A stretch of DNA of 64,000 bases. It comes from Alloprevotella sp. Its GTDB lineage: Bacteria > Bacteroidota > Bacteroidia > Bacteroidales > Bacteroidaceae. Positions 60,844 to 64,000 of the stretch are shown piece by piece. The stretch spans positions 60,596-124,595 of the forward strand of contig JAZKYK010000001.1 in assembly GCA_045612125.1 (NCBI GenBank), in the 5' to 3' direction. Position numbers and translations under genes: made by a program. How positions within the stretch are numbered: the first letter of the stretch is position 1; every line of letters starts with the position of its first letter. The notes below the pieces were generated by a model. The model did no database searches. It had not been told where the DNA came from and was given only the letters and a program-made list of their open reading frames with translations.

Positions 60844-62016
60844 ATGAAAATCATAGCAAAATACATTGGCGGATTAACCTTATCCTGCCTCATGGCATAT
60901 GCTACAGTTTCGTGCACTCAGGAAGCTAACGATACGCTTGGCGTTGAAGACGACAATAACGAAGCTCCTGTTTATAAAATGAAGTTGTATGCCACATGCA
61001 ATAACTACACCGACGAGCCAAGCAGTCGTGCTGCGTTTTCGTGGACCGACGGCGCTCAGGTTTATCTCCGTTTTAAAGACTCTAAGGGAGATATCAAGGG
61101 GGTAGCAACCTACGAAATTGCGACCGACATCTGGAATGTAAAGCCCGACAAGGCACTTACTGCAGAGGAGATGGCGGACTGCGAAGCCTACCATTTCGTA
61201 AATCCCTCATCGGTCAATGCACTGACCATCGAACTAACACCTGCTTCTGTGATCTATGTTGACACGGAAGCCACCTATCTTTTGGAAGAGGACATCTTGT
61301 CGGTGACAGCAGTACTTTCGCCTAAAACAGGACGTGTGCGTTTTAAAGGTTCTGCTGGTCAATCCTTTGGCGTCACTGGACTCTCACATTATTCCACTTA
61401 CAACATCTCAACCAATGCCTTCACTTCAAAAACCACGAAGTTGACGGACAAGCTGAACGATGAAGGTTATTCATCATTCTACTATGTTTACTTTACGGAT
61501 GAGTCGGAACGTGCACTGACCTTTGACTACGTCAGTACAGCATCCTATAAGCGCACGTTTAGTGAAGCGGTATTGGCCCCTGCCTCAAGTGGATTTATGA
61601 CTGTGCCTACGGCAGAAAAGCACGATCAGTGGACACTTGTAAATGCCACAAACGGTAAGGAAATAACCTTACCAACCCTCTCAGATTTGGCTTATAGTTC
61701 CATCAAGAGTTCTTCAGTTTTCCTGGAAGCTTCTGTCACCGATAATGGCAACGGAACGCTGAGCGATGTAGGTTTCGTTTGTGCCACACATACCGAGCCA
61801 ACCTTGGCCGACACCAAACTGTCGTGTGGTAAAAAGACGACATTCTCCGATCGTCTTTTCTCACTCGAACCAACCACACAGTACTACGTTAGGGCATATG
61901 CCACCAACGAAGCTGGCACGGTTTACAGCAACGTAGCATCATTCACCACGAAGGAAGCGCCACAGGGCAGCAAAATTGAAATCAACGATTTCCCTGAAGA
62001 GGGCAATTGGGATTAA
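60844..62016 (+). CDS. Fimbrillin-like lipoprotein with C-terminal FN3 domain
   Basis: Lipobox TVSC; SSRA then FSWTDG; L.P.TGRVRF.G; YYVRAYATN; acidic C-terminus ending GNWD. Confidence 0.78.
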   Translation: MKIIAKYIGGLTLSCLMAYATVSCTQEANDTLGVEDDNNEAPVYKMKLYATCNNYTDEPSSRAAFSWTDGAQVYLRFKDSKGDIKGVATYEIATDIWNVKPDKALTAEEMADCEAYHFVNPSSVNALTIELTPASVIYVDTEATYLLEEDILSVTAVLSPKTGRVRFKGSAGQSFGVTGLSHYSTYNISTNAFTSKTTKLTDKLNDEGYSSFYYVYFTDESERALTFDYVSTASYKRTFSEAVLAPASSGFMTVPTAEKHDQWTLVNATNGKEITLPTLSDLAYSSIKSSSVFLEASVTDNGNGTLSDVGFVCATHTEPTLADTKLSCGKKTTFSDRLFSLEPTTQYYVRAYATNEAGTVYSNVASFTTKEAPQGSKIEINDFPEEGNWD

Positions 62017-62034
62017 GCATTAATAAAATAAGCA

Positions 62035-63477
62035 ATGATTATAAAACATCTATACAAGCACTCCATTGGACTTGGGCTTCTATGCATTTGGATGCTCATG
62101 GGGCTATGCGCTTGTTCCACCGACACTGCAGACGTCATGCATGAGGAGGAGGTGCCGCCAGCAATGGATTTCACCTACACCATGCGTTTGAATGGTTTGC
62201 TCACAGACTTTAATCAGTCAGCGCGAGCCACTCATTCATGGGCTGATGATAGCAAGTTGTATTTGCAATTCATTGAAAATGGCAACCGCATTCAAGGTTC
62301 AGCCACGTTCAATTTAGAAGAGGACACATGGACGGTGAGCACCACATCACCCTTGACGGCCCCCGACGATGCTTACTGTGAGGTTTATTATTTTACAAAT
62401 CCTTCTGCAGCATTAACATCATCGGTCACAATGGATTTAAAAACAGCATCGTACGCTGATAAGAATGGCACATACATTCTGGAAGAAGACGACGCCATTG
62501 CCGTTACGGCTTCGCTCTCACCATTAACAGGGCGCATCCGATTTGTGGGGATGCCTAAAACTACCTATAAGATTTCAGGACTCACCACATATACCAACTA
62601 TAGCGCCAGCAGCAATACATTCACTGCCGCATCACGTCAATTATCGGTAAGCCTTGACGAAGAAGGTTCATCAAGTTACTTTTACGCTTTATTTGAAGAC
62701 GACCGTCAATTGGTTGTTGATGGTGAAGGTAAATCTGCTTACCTACGCACTTTTGCCGACCATGTATTAACTGCAGGAAGTAGTGGTTTTGTCACATTGC
62801 CCTCGGCTGAGAATTTAGGTTCATGGACTTTAGTCAATGCTGAAAACCTAAAGGAAATTACCTTGCCCACATTATCAACGATTACGGTATCGAAAATTCT
62901 GAGTAAGTCGGCAAGTGTTTCAGTAACGATTACAGATTTAGGTAATGGTTCAATTTTAGAATGCGGTTTGGTTTGCTCAACCAATGAAACGCCCACTTTA
63001 GAGAATGGCACGCATTATGATGGCAACAAAGCGCAAGAAATAACATTACGCGTAAAGTCGCTTGAGCCCGAAACCTATTATTATGTTCGCGCCTACGTTC
63101 GCAACGAACTTGACATCGTTTGGAGTGAAACAGCAAAATTCAAAACGATTTCAAAGGAAGAAGAGGAAGACGTCATTTCACGCGAAGATTATGATCAAGA
63201 AGAGGATTGGAACGACAATTCAACAACATCTGGTTCTGTAGATAAATCACAACATGGCGAAGATGAGGACCTCGACGACAAGTCAACAACTTCAGGTAGC
63301 GTCAATAAAACTGAACATGGCGAAGATGAGGACCTTAACGACAAGTCAACAACTTCAGGCAGCGTCAATAAAACTGAACATGGCGAAGACGAGGACCTCA
63401 ATGACAAATCAACAACTTCAGGCAATATCAATAAATCAGAATTTGATAAAGACGAGGATTGGAACACGCCCACCTAA
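62035..63477 (+). CDS. Fimbrillin-like lipoprotein (paralog of 60844) with FN3 domain and acidic tandem-repeat tail
   Basis: Lipobox LCAC; SARA then HSWADD; LSPLTGRIRF.G; YYVRAYVRN; 21-aa repeats. Confidence 0.8.
   Translation: MIIKHLYKHSIGLGLLCIWMLMGLCACSTDTADVMHEEEVPPAMDFTYTMRLNGLLTDFNQSARATHSWADDSKLYLQFIENGNRIQGSATFNLEEDTWTVSTTSPLTAPDDAYCEVYYFTNPSAALTSSVTMDLKTASYADKNGTYILEEDDAIAVTASLSPLTGRIRFVGMPKTTYKISGLTTYTNYSASSNTFTAASRQLSVSLDEEGSSSYFYALFEDDRQLVVDGEGKSAYLRTFADHVLTAGSSGFVTLPSAENLGSWTLVNAENLKEITLPTLSTITVSKILSKSASVSVTITDLGNGSILECGLVCSTNETPTLENGTHYDGNKAQEITLRVKSLEPETYYYVRAYVRNELDIVWSETAKFKTISKEEEEDVISREDYDQEEDWNDNSTTSGSVDKSQHGEDEDLDDKSTTSGSVNKTEHGEDEDLNDKSTTSGSVNKTEHGEDEDLNDKSTTSGNINKSEFDKDEDWNTPT
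63211..63465 (+). repeat. Intragenic 63-bp (21-aa) tandem repeat, about 4 units
   Basis: DKSTTSGSVNKTEHGEDEDLN repeated; DNA period 63 bp. Confidence 0.9.
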
Positions 63478-63534
63478 TCCTTCACACATTCACTCGATAA
63501 ATCAATAAATCTATCACATCAAATAGTTTTGCAT

Positions 63535-64000
63535 ATGAAAACGATTAAACGTACATTTCAAACACTTTCTACTATTGTACTTACCGCAATGCTTTTCATC
63601 GCTTGTAGCGAGAATGATGAGTTTGCAGAGGATCTGAACAACACCCCAACGGAAGAGCATATCTCAAACTGCGCGACCATGTATTTAGAAGGCAGCAAGA
63701 AAGATTACGACGCAACACGCAACACCACAACGACATGGGAAGAAGGTGATAAACTACACCTGCAATTCAAAGTTGAAAATGCATTTGTTAACGGGGTAGC
63801 CACTTATCAAGCGGAAACGCAGGATTGGAATGTTCAATACTATGGTACACTCACTACCGGCGAGGAAGCAACCTGCGAAGTGTACCAATTTATTACTGAA
63901 GGAGAATCTTCACGCACAATTGTCGACCTTGACCAACATAGTATTATTTATGCCGACAAGGCTGCAACCTACATCTACGAAGGTGATGTGCTTAAGATTA
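63535..64000 (+). CDS. Third fimbrillin-like lipoprotein paralog (runs past the window edge)
   Basis: Manual translation MKTIKRTFQTLSTIVLTAMLFIAC...ATRN TTTTWEEGDKLHLQF...G.ATY...W...CEVY matches the 60844 and 62035 proteins. Confidence 0.8.
   Translation, partial: MKTIKRTFQTLSTIVLTAMLFIACSENDEFAEDLNNTPTEEHISNCATMYLEGSKKDYDATRNTTTTWEEGDKLHLQFKVENAFVNGVATYQAETQDWNVQYYGTLTTGEEATCEVYQFITEGESSRTIVDLDQHSIIYADKAATYIYEGDVLKI

Overview
Chromosomal window from a Bacteroidales bacterium, Prevotellaceae/Alloprevotella-like. The assignment rests on repeated TAnnTTTG -7 promoter boxes, a Prevotella-type T9SS C-terminal domain and the gene content. Most of the window is housekeeping: a TPP-riboswitch thiamine uptake operon, ilvE, rsmD, rmuC, ABC-F, tilS, purH-like, thyA, rsmF, prmA, menA, exbB-exbD-exbD-tonB, efp, lptF/G, ribBA and aspC. 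The most notable accessory features are: (1) a tyrosine recombinase next to a ~570-bp promoter-bearing segment bounded by 20-bp perfect inverted repeats, a probable phase-variation switch for a type V pilus-like locus; (2) a surface-lipoprotein/FN3/pilin-like cluster (55.5-64 kb) preceded by a ~400-nt structured leader with overlapping antiterminator/terminator stems, whose proteins share an acidic Trp-ending C-terminal motif that one protein repeats five times; (3) a 561-bp non-coding element made of three giant palindromes with a conserved loop, flanked by a 42-bp duplication of a terminator; (4) an ABC-ATPase + DUF4435/TOPRIM pair with PARIS-like architecture; (5) several dispersed repeat families, including mosaic GTAG-REP/heptamer elements and MITE-like elements. 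No rRNA, tRNA or CRISPR array was seen. All family assignments come from motif recognition by eye, not database searches.
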